Positions 19,101 through 26,940 are shown, counted from the stretch's first letter. The stretch is DNA of 32,000 nucleotides from Candidatus Arthromitus sp. SFB-rat-Yit (GCF_000283555.1 NC_016012.1:660001-692000), one strand, 5' to 3'. Program-made: numbers and translations. Notes: a model not told the origin generated them from the sequence alone.

Positions 19101-19406
19101 ATTGTGAAATCTGAAAATTTAAATTTAGAAGCAACGAAAATATTTTTGAAAAATGCATTCCGCAATGGAGAGATTAAAACATACGGAACAGACATCAATA
19201 GTTTTATGCCATCTATGTCAAGATTGGATAGAAGTAGTGGAATGAGTCGTGCTGAAAAGAAACAGAGCATTATATACAAACTAAAAGAATTATTTGAAAG
19301 ATATTCTGGGATTTTAGGATTCAAGGAATTAGCAAGAGAATTAGATCAAACTAGTGAAGAAATTAAGGAGCCAGTTTTGGTAGGTACAGGTCAAAGTAAC
19401 GATTAG
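16182..19406 (+). CDS. hsdR: Type I R-M restriction endonuclease/translocase subunit R
   Basis: 1074 aa. Nuclease-region motifs (VTILVNGFPLVHVELKRRG), helicase motifs HTTGSGKTLT and IFDECHRSQ, then FTGTP and AFSRTNR. The start could be the ATG at 16191. Confidence 0.93.
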   Translation: MMYMSFYNVVAETNENTVVYEYIPKKNRSEHYQSEAELEKEFINMLCEQGYEYLSIKTENDLKNNLREKLEELNKYKFSNSEWNSFFKSVIANPNEHIVEKTQKIQEDNIQVLKCDDGSSKNITLIDKKNIHNNSVQVINQYVIGKKDGAKYNNRYDVTILVNGFPLVHVELKRRGVAIKEAFNQINRYQSDSFWAGCGLYEYIQIFVISNGTHTKYYSNTTRFNSVKNSKQSAYRNKNKTSNSFEFTSFWADAKNKTIADLIHFTETFFAKHTILNILTKYCVFTSENILLVMRPYQITATEAIINKIKMSNSCKTYGSTAGGGYIWHTTGSGKTLTSFKTAREASNLNFIDKVLFVVDRKDLDYQTMKEYDRFEKGSANSNVTTKILARQLEDENSKIIITTIQKLSTFVKKNPDHKVYKKHVVIIFDECHRSQFGEMHTSITKKFSKYYLFGFTGTPVFSVNALKKSEACTTEYIFGDKLHAYTIVNAINDKNVLGFKVDYVRTMNMQHEDEIDDEMVNDIDREKLMMHPERIKGVTKYILNKFDLKTYRGHSKYSYFHDLFTNISEIVSKDHGVVEGIKEKQHIIGFNSIFAVASVNMAKLYYDEFKRQMGEDPKNKLRIATIFSFGANEEEYDGDLGDENPENASSLDKSSRDFLEEAIEDYNKMFHTNYDTSSEKFQNYYKDVSLRMKNKELDLLIVVNMFLTGFDATTLNTLWVDKNLKMHGLIQAFSRTNRIFNSVKSHGNIVCFRNLQKCVDDALVVFGDDDAKRVIILNSFKDYYYGYTDKDGKRIPGYLEMVEKLKENFPVSDPNIIGEKNQEEFVLLFGAILRMRNLLISFDEFAGKELITERDFQDYLGKYQDIRDEWNIKRDSGEKMDVGDDVVFEVEFIKEIEINIDYILMLVKKYHDTNCKDKEVIITINKAINASPELRSKRQLIESFIKTVDVTDDIFNEWDKYVISKYEEDVENIVKSENLNLEATKIFLKNAFRNGEIKTYGTDINSFMPSMSRLDRSSGMSRAEKKQSIIYKLKELFERYSGILGFKELARELDQTSEEIKEPVLVGTGQSND

Positions 19407-19431
19407 TTTAACATTAAATAAATTCATTTAG

Positions 19432-19461
19432 CACCCAACGTAAAGTTGGGTGTATTTTTTT
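19432..19461 (+). terminator. Rho-independent terminator of the hsd operon
   Basis: CACCCAAC (19432-19439) / GTTGGGTG (19445-19452) followed by TATTTTTTT. Confidence 0.75.
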
Positions 19462-19512
19462 GTGAAATATCTCAAAAAACCAAAAATTATGTAAAAATAT
19501 GAAATTTTGATC

Positions 19513-19539
19513 TTGACGGACCTTTTTTTTTTTTATAAT
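19513..19539 (+). promoter_or_regulatory. Candidate promoter with a T12 homopolymer in the spacer
   Basis: TTGACG (19513-19518), 15-nt spacer made mostly of the T run 19523-19534, then TATAAT (19534-19539). It lies 79 nt upstream of the lipoprotein ATG. Confidence 0.4.
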
Positions 19540-19617
19540 GTATGGGTCGTTATTTTCATGTATTAAATAAATGGTGTTTTAGATTTTGTTACATTAATTT
19601 TTAGGAGGATATTAATT

Positions 19618-20217
19618 ATGTTACGAAAAATATTATTGTCAATATGTGTTATCACTAGTGTTGGTATTGCAACCGTTTCATGTGCTACAAATAATAATAA
19701 AAATAGTACAAGCACTGTAAGTACTGTTCAAAATGATACAACTCAAGTACAAGAAGAACCTAAAAAAGAGGAGAAGAAGGAAATGACTTCAGCAGAGTTA
19801 GATGAAGCTCTAAATAATCAACCTGTTAAAATTATAAAAACGGAGTACATTTCTCAAGATAAAAAATTTTTACAGCCTGATCTTTTATCTGCAGTTTTTC
19901 AAAATGATAGTGGTACAGATATAAAGAATGCTGTTTTAGGATTTGTAGCTTGGGATGCTAATAATTTTCCTGTTAAAATAAAGAGTAAGTATGATTTTAC
20001 TGATGGAGAATATTTTAAACGAGTAAATTGTAATGATGTTAACCTAGTTAATGGAACATCTTATGGTGAAAATTCTGGATTATCTATAGATAATGATAAT
20101 ATAGCAAAATTTAAGCCAATAGTGATTTCTTATACTGATTTTGATGGTAATACTTGGGAAAATCCATTACTAGAGGAATTTAAAAAAATGTATGTTGACA
20201 AAAAGTTAGTTGAATAG
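19618..20217 (+). CDS. Putative lipoprotein, unknown function (paralog of 2219..2803)
   Basis: AGGAGG RBS. Signal peptide MLRKILLSICVITSVGIATVSC (lipobox-like), then a low-complexity N/S/T/K/E linker and a conserved C-terminal domain shared with the first copy. Confidence 0.6.
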   Translation: MLRKILLSICVITSVGIATVSCATNNNKNSTSTVSTVQNDTTQVQEEPKKEEKKEMTSAELDEALNNQPVKIIKTEYISQDKKFLQPDLLSAVFQNDSGTDIKNAVLGFVAWDANNFPVKIKSKYDFTDGEYFKRVNCNDVNLVNGTSYGENSGLSIDNDNIAKFKPIVISYTDFDGNTWENPLLEEFKKMYVDKKLVE

Positions 20218-20256
20218 ACAAAAATATATTGTTATTGAAGGAAAGGTTTATTAATA

Positions 20257-20598
20257 ATGAAGAGAAGTAAATTATTATTAGTGTCTGCTGTTTTTAGCAC
20301 ACTTTATCTAATTTATATTTTTAGTTATTTTCTCAATGGGTTAGCTTCATCATCAAGTGGAGCAGAAGTTGTAGGAGTAGGTATAGCAAGTTTTTTGGTT
20401 GCACCGCATGTTTTTATGGTTTTATTAGGCGTTTTATTTAATTGGATAGGATGGGGAATGAATAAACGATGGGCAGCTTTAGTATCGGGAATTTTGTATT
20501 CTGTATCCATTTTCTTTATGATTTTATACGGGATATTTGTAATTATCCAAGTAATTTTATGTTTCGTAGGATATGCCAAAATGGGAAAGAAAGGATAG
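20257..20598 (+). CDS. Small hydrophobic membrane protein (about 3-4 TM), unknown function
   Basis: 113 aa, almost entirely hydrophobic segments. An RBS-like GAAGGAAAGG lies upstream, and the gene is followed by a terminator. Confidence 0.5.
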   Translation: MKRSKLLLVSAVFSTLYLIYIFSYFLNGLASSSSGAEVVGVGIASFLVAPHVFMVLLGVLFNWIGWGMNKRWAALVSGILYSVSIFFMILYGIFVIIQVILCFVGYAKMGKKG

Positions 20599-20626
20599 CT
20601 AATTAGCTGTCCTTTCTTGTTTTTTA
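20589..20626 (+). terminator. Rho-independent terminator
   Basis: GAAAGGATAGCT / AGCTGTCCTTTC stem with one G-U pair, followed by TTGTTTTTT. It overlaps the stop of the preceding gene. Confidence 0.65.
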
Positions 20627-20742
20627 AGGGGGATTTAATTGTTCTTTGTCGTATGTCAATATTTTAATTTGAAGATAAATCAAGTATAATTTATTGCGTG
20701 ATAATGAATTTAATAGAAGATAGTTTGTAGTAAGGGAGATGT

Positions 20743-21180
20743 GTGATAGTGAGGCTTGTTGTAAAATATTTTGAAGAATTAACAACTATAGAGTTATATG
20801 AAATTTTGAAATCGAGAATGGAAATTTTTGTTGTAGAGCAGAAGTCTACACATCAAGATTTGGATGACAAAGATTATCAAAGTCTTCATATATTTTTCGA
20901 AGACAACAGAAGAGTAGTTGGATATGTTAGAGCTTTTTTTAAAGAAGATAATGTTGTGCAAATGGGTAGAGTATTGACTCTTTATCATGGTAAAGGTATT
21001 GGAAGGAAATTGTTAAAAGAAGGAATTGAACATATTAAAAATAAAATGAATCCTAAAGAAATTTATATAGATGCACAAAGTTATGCTGTAGGATTTTATG
21101 AACTTGTAGGTTTCGAGGTTTGTTCAGATGAATTTATACGAGATGGAATTCCACATATTGCGATGAATCTAAAATTATAA
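20743..21180 (+). CDS. GNAT family N-acetyltransferase, ElaA-like
   Basis: FEELTTIELYEILKSRMEIFVVEQKSTHQDLDDKDYQSLHIF matches the ElaA N-terminus. The acetyl-CoA motif is RVLTLYHGKGIGRKLL. GTG start at 20743 or 20749. Confidence 0.8.
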   Translation: MIVRLVVKYFEELTTIELYEILKSRMEIFVVEQKSTHQDLDDKDYQSLHIFFEDNRRVVGYVRAFFKEDNVVQMGRVLTLYHGKGIGRKLLKEGIEHIKNKMNPKEIYIDAQSYAVGFYELVGFEVCSDEFIRDGIPHIAMNLKL

Positions 21181-21208
21181 GATATTATTAATTTTGGGGG
21201 ATGTGAAG

Positions 21209-23236
21209 ATGTTAGTATGTAATCTCAACGAACGGTGCAAAAAAATTATGCGTCTTCTTTTGTGGGAAAATGATTATGTTTCTCTTCAAAAAATTGCAGA
21301 TATTACTGGGGTATCTAGACGAAGTATCTATTATGATTTATGTAATATTAATGAATGGTTGGAGGAACGAGGAATAAAAGAGCTTGAGGTTGAACGTGGA
21401 AAGGGAATTCTGCTTTCTCAAGAGGATAAATTTAAAATTAAAGAATCGTTGGAAGAAAAAATATCGGAAAAATATTATGTGTTTTTACCTTCAGAGAGAG
21501 TTGAAATTATCATTTGTTATATTGTACATAGTAGGAAACCTGTTTATATTAATCATATTATGGATGTTTGTAAAGTTAGTCGTAATACTGTGTTTGGTGA
21601 TATGAAGATTGCTATCCAAAAACTCCGCAAATATGAATTAGATTTAAAATATGAATCTAAGAAAGGATATGAGGTTGTTGGAGATGCTGTTAGGAAATGT
21701 GCTTTGTTTTTCTTGTATTTCAATAAGTTAAGAGCGTTGTTCAACGAAGGAGTTTTAAATTTTTTTGATAGAGAGAAGATATACAAAAATTATGAATGTT
21801 TGAATTTGTTAAAGAATGAATTGAAGATTGAATATATGGAAGGAGATTTATTATCCTTAGCTGCTTTAATGCCCGTTATGCATAACTATAGGGAGAAATT
21901 GCATTTTAGTGGATTGAAAAAAGAGGAAATTTTTAGAATTAAAGAATTTCAATTAGTTGAAAAATATTTTGATGAGCTTGAGGAGAATGAAAAGATATAT
22001 TTGTGTCTTCATCTTCTTGCTTCACGTGTATCTGTAGCGACGGACAAATTCTTTGAAGATAGGGCTGATCAATCAGTTTATGGAATTACAAAAGCCCTTG
22101 TGACAGAATTTGAGAAAACTGCGTGTGTGAATTTTGAAGATAAAGAAGAATTAGAGCGAGCATTATTTGTTCATATCAAAACGTCGATGTATCGATATAA
22201 ATATGGAATACAAATAGGGAATCCATTTGGCAATGATATTATTAGAGAATATCCGAACTTGTTTGATATTACAAGAAAAGTATCCCGTTATTTGGAGCAA
22301 ATTATTGGTTTGCCGATACCAGATAGTGAAGTTGCGTATCTATCGTTGCACTTTGGTGCGTATTTAAAAGTTTGCAAATATCAGGGAAATAAACTTAGAA
22401 TATTAATTGTGTGTGTAAATGGGATTTCAACAGGAAACATGATAAAGCGTGAAGTGCTGAAATTACTTTCAGATATAGAAATCGTTGGTGTTGTTTCGGC
22501 GGTAGACATAATTAATGCTCAAGATATTTGTGATCTTATAATTTCAACAGTTAACATCAAAACCATAGTACCCGTTATCGTGGTTAACCCTATACTTATG
22601 GATGAAGATAGAGAATACATATTGAATCATCATATGGTGCATGGAGTTCAGAAAAATAAAATTTCCAATCTGCTGTTTAATACGATAAAAAAATATGTCG
22701 ATAAATCACAATACAAAAATTTGCAAAAAGATATTGTTCAGTGTTTGCAAGGTCATTCAAAAAATCTTGATATTTCTGTATCGGAAAAAGAAAATGGAAT
22801 ATTGGAATGTTTAAGTTTATCAAAAATTATGATAAGTGATGAAAGTTTGGTTTTGCAAGATAGTGTTTATCTTGCAGGCGAATGTCTTGTTGAGAATGGA
22901 AGTATAGAGAAAAGATATCTTGATGTTATTAATTTTCAAACGATGTATTATGGATCATATATGTTTATAACTGATAGGATCATGCTTGCACATGCAAAAC
23001 CTGAAGATGGTGTGAACAAAATGGATATTTCTATGGCTGTGTTTAAAAATCCGATTTTGTTTAGAGAGGGAAAACGAGCTGAAATTATATTTGTTTTAGC
23101 TGCAGTAGATCATGAAAGACATTTGAAAATTTTGAATGATATTTTCAAAATTGCTGAGGATAAAGATATAATTGAAAGATTTGTTAATGCGAATACTAAA
23201 ATGGAAATCTTTGAAATTTTAAATGAAATATTATAA
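21209..23236 (+). CDS. PRD-domain PTS-controlled transcriptional regulator (MtlR/LicR/ManR class: HTH-PRD-PRD-EIIB-EIIA)
   Basis: ATG at 21209 after GGGGGA. N-terminal HTH (ADITGVSRRSIYYDL), central PRD-like regions, EIIB-like ILIVCVNGISTGNMIK, and a C-terminal EIIA(Mtl/Fru-type) segment IMLAHAKPEDGV. Confidence 0.8.
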   Translation: MLVCNLNERCKKIMRLLLWENDYVSLQKIADITGVSRRSIYYDLCNINEWLEERGIKELEVERGKGILLSQEDKFKIKESLEEKISEKYYVFLPSERVEIIICYIVHSRKPVYINHIMDVCKVSRNTVFGDMKIAIQKLRKYELDLKYESKKGYEVVGDAVRKCALFFLYFNKLRALFNEGVLNFFDREKIYKNYECLNLLKNELKIEYMEGDLLSLAALMPVMHNYREKLHFSGLKKEEIFRIKEFQLVEKYFDELEENEKIYLCLHLLASRVSVATDKFFEDRADQSVYGITKALVTEFEKTACVNFEDKEELERALFVHIKTSMYRYKYGIQIGNPFGNDIIREYPNLFDITRKVSRYLEQIIGLPIPDSEVAYLSLHFGAYLKVCKYQGNKLRILIVCVNGISTGNMIKREVLKLLSDIEIVGVVSAVDIINAQDICDLIISTVNIKTIVPVIVVNPILMDEDREYILNHHMVHGVQKNKISNLLFNTIKKYVDKSQYKNLQKDIVQCLQGHSKNLDISVSEKENGILECLSLSKIMISDESLVLQDSVYLAGECLVENGSIEKRYLDVINFQTMYYGSYMFITDRIMLAHAKPEDGVNKMDISMAVFKNPILFREGKRAEIIFVLAAVDHERHLKILNDIFKIAEDKDIIERFVNANTKMEIFEILNEIL

Positions 23237-23270
23237 AGACATCGACTCTTTGTTGGTGTCTTTTTTATTT
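23235..23270 (+). terminator. Candidate rho-independent terminator
   Basis: Imperfect stem AAAGACATCGAC / GTTGGTGTCTTT followed by TTTTTATTT. Confidence 0.5.
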
Positions 23271-23377
23271 AGTGAGTATTGTTTATTGCACATTTATACG
23301 ATTACATTTGGACTTCTAGTTTATGCATGGAAGTATTATGATTTTGATATAGGAGAACAGAAAGGAGATGGTCAAGC

Positions 23378-23806
23378 ATGGATTTGCTAGATAAAAAAAA
23401 TGTAAGATTAATAGATGGTGCTAGCGACTGGAGAGAAGCCATTAGAATTTCGGTAATGCCACTTGAAGAAGGAGGATATGTAGAGCCTAGGTATAAAGAG
23501 GCAATTATCTCAGGAGTTGAGAAACTTGGGAGTTACATTATAATAGCACCTTCTATTGCTTTACCACATGCAAGACCAGAAGATGGTGTGCTTAAAAGTC
23601 AAATTGCAATCACTTTATTTAAAAACGAAATAAAGTTTGACAAAGAAAATGCTGTGGCACGATTATTTTTGACATTGGCAGCTGTGGATTCTAGCGGTCA
23701 TCTAAATGCACTAATGAAAATTTCTGAAATTCTACAGGACAAAGAAAAAGTTAATAATATCTTAAAATCAGATAATGTAGAAACGTTATATGGTTATTTT
23801 AATTAA
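23378..23806 (+). CDS. ulaC: PTS ascorbate-family EIIA component
   Basis: 142 aa in the PTS_EIIA_2 family, with the phosphorylatable His in IALPHARPEDGV. Confidence 0.8.
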   Translation: MDLLDKKNVRLIDGASDWREAIRISVMPLEEGGYVEPRYKEAIISGVEKLGSYIIIAPSIALPHARPEDGVLKSQIAITLFKNEIKFDKENAVARLFLTLAAVDSSGHLNALMKISEILQDKEKVNNILKSDNVETLYGYFN

Positions 23807-23823
23807 GGAAGGAGAAAAAGAGA

Positions 23824-25209
23824 ATGCGTGAAATTTTGAATATTATTCAACAAATTTTATCTACACCTGCAATTTTTGTAGGGATTATAGCGATGATTGG
23901 ATTATTGTTACAAAAGAAGGATGCACAATCTATTATTAAAGGGACAATTAAGACAATTTTGGGATTCCTTGTATTGAATGCTGGAGCCTCTGTTGTCCAG
24001 TCAGCAATTATTCCATTTGGTGATTTATTTCAATTAGCTTTTGGAATACAAGGAGTTGTTCCAAATAATGAAGCAATAACTTCTCTTGGATTAAATGAAT
24101 TTGCAGTTGAAACTTCAGCTATATTTGCATTAGGTATGTGTGCAAATATTGTAATGGCACGATTCTCAAGATGGAAATATATTTTCCTTACAGGACACCA
24201 TTCATTATATATGGCTTGTTTGATTGCGATCATTTTATCAATTGCAGGATTAAGTGGATGGCAATTGATTGTAGGAGGAGCATTACTTTTAGGATTTGTT
24301 ATGGCTCTGTTTCCAGCAATCATGCAACCAATTATGAGGAAAATTACTGGAGATGATTCGCTTGCTTTTGGCCACTTTGGAAGTAGTTGTTATTGGTTAA
24401 GTGGACAAATTGGAAAATTATGCAATAAAAACAACAAAGGTCGTACAACAGAAGATGTAAAATTTCCTAAAGGATTATCTTTCCTTAGGGATAATATGGT
24501 ATCAATTGCTATTGTGATGTTTTTCTGTTATATAGTTGTAGCTGGAGTAGCGAATTTCGGACATAATAGTCAAGCAGCATCTATTTTTGGTGAAAGCAAT
24601 TGGATTCTATATTCTATAATAAATTCAATAACGTTTTCTGGAGGTATTTATATCGTATTATCTGGTGTGCGTATGTTAATCGGAGAAATATTACCTGCTT
24701 TTAAAGGTATTTCAGAGAAACTTGTACCAAATGCAAAACCAGCATTAGATTGTCCAACAATTTTCCCATATGCACCTAATGCTGTATTGATTGGATTTTT
24801 ATGTTCCTTTGTAGGAGGAATTATTGGGTTAATAGTTTTAGCACTTATGGGTAAAGCTGGCATAGCTGTAGCGATTATTTTACCAGGAGCAGTAGTTCAC
24901 TTTTTCTGTGGTGCAACTGCTGGTGTTTGTGGAAATGCCACAGGAGGATTGAAAGGTTGTATTATCGGATCATTAATTCATGGTATTGCAGTAACATTCT
25001 TATCTGCAGCATTACTTCCTGTACTTGGTTCACTTGGTTTTGCTAATACAACGTTTTCTGATGCGGACTTTACAGTTGTTGGTATTTTATTTGGTAATTT
25101 ATCTAAATTTGTTACAGGCAATGGATTATTTGCAGTGATTTTAGTATTATTTTTAGCACCAATTGTTTATAATTTTGTATCTAAAAAGAATCAAAAAGAA
25201 TTAAATTAA
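23824..25209 (+). CDS. ulaA: PTS ascorbate-family EIIC permease (UlaA/SgaT)
   Basis: 461-aa polytopic membrane protein with a SgaT/UlaA-like N-terminus (ILSTPAIFVGIIAMIGLLLQKK), located between EIIA and EIIB. Confidence 0.85.
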   Translation: MREILNIIQQILSTPAIFVGIIAMIGLLLQKKDAQSIIKGTIKTILGFLVLNAGASVVQSAIIPFGDLFQLAFGIQGVVPNNEAITSLGLNEFAVETSAIFALGMCANIVMARFSRWKYIFLTGHHSLYMACLIAIILSIAGLSGWQLIVGGALLLGFVMALFPAIMQPIMRKITGDDSLAFGHFGSSCYWLSGQIGKLCNKNNKGRTTEDVKFPKGLSFLRDNMVSIAIVMFFCYIVVAGVANFGHNSQAASIFGESNWILYSIINSITFSGGIYIVLSGVRMLIGEILPAFKGISEKLVPNAKPALDCPTIFPYAPNAVLIGFLCSFVGGIIGLIVLALMGKAGIAVAIILPGAVVHFFCGATAGVCGNATGGLKGCIIGSLIHGIAVTFLSAALLPVLGSLGFANTTFSDADFTVVGILFGNLSKFVTGNGLFAVILVLFLAPIVYNFVSKKNQKELN

Positions 25210-25245
25210 AGAATATATAAAAAAGAATTAAAAGGAGAATTTATT

Positions 25246-25527
25246 ATGGCAGAGATTAAAAAAATATTATGTGTTTGTGGTTCAGGTCTTGGATCATCAT
25301 TTTTAATGGAGATGAATGCAAAAAAAGCTTTAACTAGTCTTGGGATTGCAGATGTTGAAGTTGATCATACTACAATTGGGGATATTACTCAAGGATCAGC
25401 TGATTTGTTTATTTGCGGGTCTGATTTACTTCCTAACGCTGAAAAATTTGGAAGAGCAATTGGAATGAATAATATAGTTTCTATGGATGAAATGACAGAA
25501 AAACTTAAAGAAGCTTTTGGACTATAA
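25246..25527 (+). CDS. ulaB: PTS ascorbate-family EIIB component (UlaB/SgaB)
   Basis: 93 aa with the active-site Cys motif KILCVCGSGLGSSFLM. Confidence 0.85.
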   Translation: MAEIKKILCVCGSGLGSSFLMEMNAKKALTSLGIADVEVDHTTIGDITQGSADLFICGSDLLPNAEKFGRAIGMNNIVSMDEMTEKLKEAFGL

Positions 25528-25554
25528 AAGAAGCTAGCTTTATGCTAGCTTCTT
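25527..25554. terminator. Bidirectional hairpin terminator between convergent genes
   Basis: Perfect stem AAGAAGCTAGC (25528-25538) / GCTAGCTTCTT (25544-25554) with loop TTTAT. It overlaps the stop and last codons (KKLA*) of the minus-strand gene. Confidence 0.6.
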
Positions 25555-26874
25555 ACTCTTTTTTAATATCATTTCCATTGAGCCATTGTAGTTTATACTT
25601 ATACGATAATCTAATATTTCGAATCCTAAATTTTTAACAATATTTTCCAAGCCTACTTTAGAAAAATAAGTTAAGTGATAAGGTTCGTTCCACATAGCCA
25701 CATTTATTTTATGAAGTTTATTGAAAGCACTCTCATAATTTGGAGTTGAGATCCATAACACTCCATTGTTATTTAATAATGAATGAGCTTTTTTAAGCCC
25801 ATATATTGGATTCGATAAATGTTCAATAACATCTCCCATCGTTATAATGTCATATGTTTTATCCGTTTTAAAATTTAAGAAGTCACAACAAATTATATCA
25901 TGATCTAACATATTTGAAATTTCACAAGCAACACTCTCATCTATTTCTATACAATCTATTGAATAACCAAATTCTAAAGCCGTAGCAATTAAAGCCCCTT
26001 TACCTATTCCAACTTCAAGGATATTAGTTCCGCTGGAATGTTTAGTTAGATTGTTTAATATGTCGCACCAATTTCTTAAGTTATGAGTGTTAATATCTGT
26101 AAAATTTGACGGGGGGGGGGTAGTTGATTTCCTAATTACTTTAATTGAAGGATTGTCACTCATAAATTTATGAGGGAAATATTTTGAATATAGGTTTTCA
26201 CATAAATTGCATTTCATCCATAATTTGCTTGGCAAAAAATCATCATTAAAGTTAATCATGTTATAGCATGGGGAATTATGAAAAGGCTCTCCTTGTCCAT
26301 TGCAAATCGGACAAGCATTTAATGAGAGTTGGTTAGATAATGTTGATTCACTAAAAACATAATTTTTAAGATGATTAAGCCCTAAAAATTTACCCAAATC
26401 ATTTTTAATTTTAAAGGCTTCCATAATCAAATCAAAAGATATTGAAGGAAATGATGTTCTACATAATTTTGATATAAAAATTAATACTAGGGAGAGTGCT
26501 GAATCACTTAAATTAAACTTGTCCCTAATTTTTAACATTAAATCTAATTGGTCTTTAGTCAGCTGAGGATAAACATTTTTATAATCTATGTAAAATGATT
26601 TCAGTTTTTCAATGACTTCATTTATTGAACACGATAACAAAATTTGTTTGTATTTAATCATCACTTGTTTATTGTTTGGATTTGTGATTAAATCATTTTT
26701 AATGGTTTCAAGTTCAACGGGTATTTGGTTTGCAAAATTAGCTAAGTGATTAAAAGTTTCTATAAAAATATCATTATTGTTTTGATGAACATCATTTAAG
26801 CTTAAAGTGTTAGTGTAATCGATAAATTTATATAGTGTAGATAAAAAGTCAGTTAATAGTTTTGTATGTGTCAT
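25540..26874 (-). CDS. Zinc-ribbon plus class I SAM-dependent methyltransferase domain protein with an uncharacterised N-terminal domain
   Basis: C-terminal MTase motifs ILEVGIGKGALIA (motif I GxGxG), DCIEIDES, YDIITMGDVIEHLSNP and GVLWISTPN. Cys pairs CPICNG...CNLCEN lie upstream. The roughly 190-aa N-terminal region matches no family I recognise. AAGGAG RBS. Confidence 0.75.
   Translation of the reverse strand: MTHTKLLTDFLSTLYKFIDYTNTLSLNDVHQNNNDIFIETFNHLANFANQIPVELETIKNDLITNPNNKQVMIKYKQILLSCSINEVIEKLKSFYIDYKNVYPQLTKDQLDLMLKIRDKFNLSDSALSLVLIFISKLCRTSFPSISFDLIMEAFKIKNDLGKFLGLNHLKNYVFSESTLSNQLSLNACPICNGQGEPFHNSPCYNMINFNDDFLPSKLWMKCNLCENLYSKYFPHKFMSDNPSIKVIRKSTTPPPSNFTDINTHNLRNWCDILNNLTKHSSGTNILEVGIGKGALIATALEFGYSIDCIEIDESVACEISNMLDHDIICCDFLNFKTDKTYDIITMGDVIEHLSNPIYGLKKAHSLLNNNGVLWISTPNYESAFNKLHKINVAMWNEPYHLTYFSKVGLENIVKNLGFEILDYRISINYNGSMEMILKKSKKLA
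26111..26120 (-). repeat. Homopolymeric G10 (C10 on the coding strand) inside the methyltransferase ORF
   Basis: Read directly as GAC-GGGGGGGGGG-TAG. On the coding strand this is ACC CCC CCC CCG, encoding T-P-P-P in the linker before the MTase domain. Confidence 0.97.
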
Positions 26875-26924
26875 AAATAAAACTCCTTAAATTTTTATAC
26901 AGCTTGAAATGCTTTATAGTTGAG

Positions 26925-26933
26925 ATTATAGCA
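26925..26933 (-). promoter_or_regulatory. Candidate extended -10 promoter of the methyltransferase gene
   Basis: The minus strand reads TGCTATAAT (complement of 26925-26933), about 50 nt upstream of the ATG at 26874. It lies just downstream of the cls terminator. Confidence 0.3.
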
Positions 26934-26940
26934 CTGTATC

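Noticed and set aside
2219-20217. The two lipoprotein genes as terminal direct repeats of a mobile element or a recent duplication
   Set aside because: The similarity is at protein level only, with diverged DNA. There are no flanking short direct or inverted repeats that I can see, and no integrase, transposase or tRNA gene in the island.
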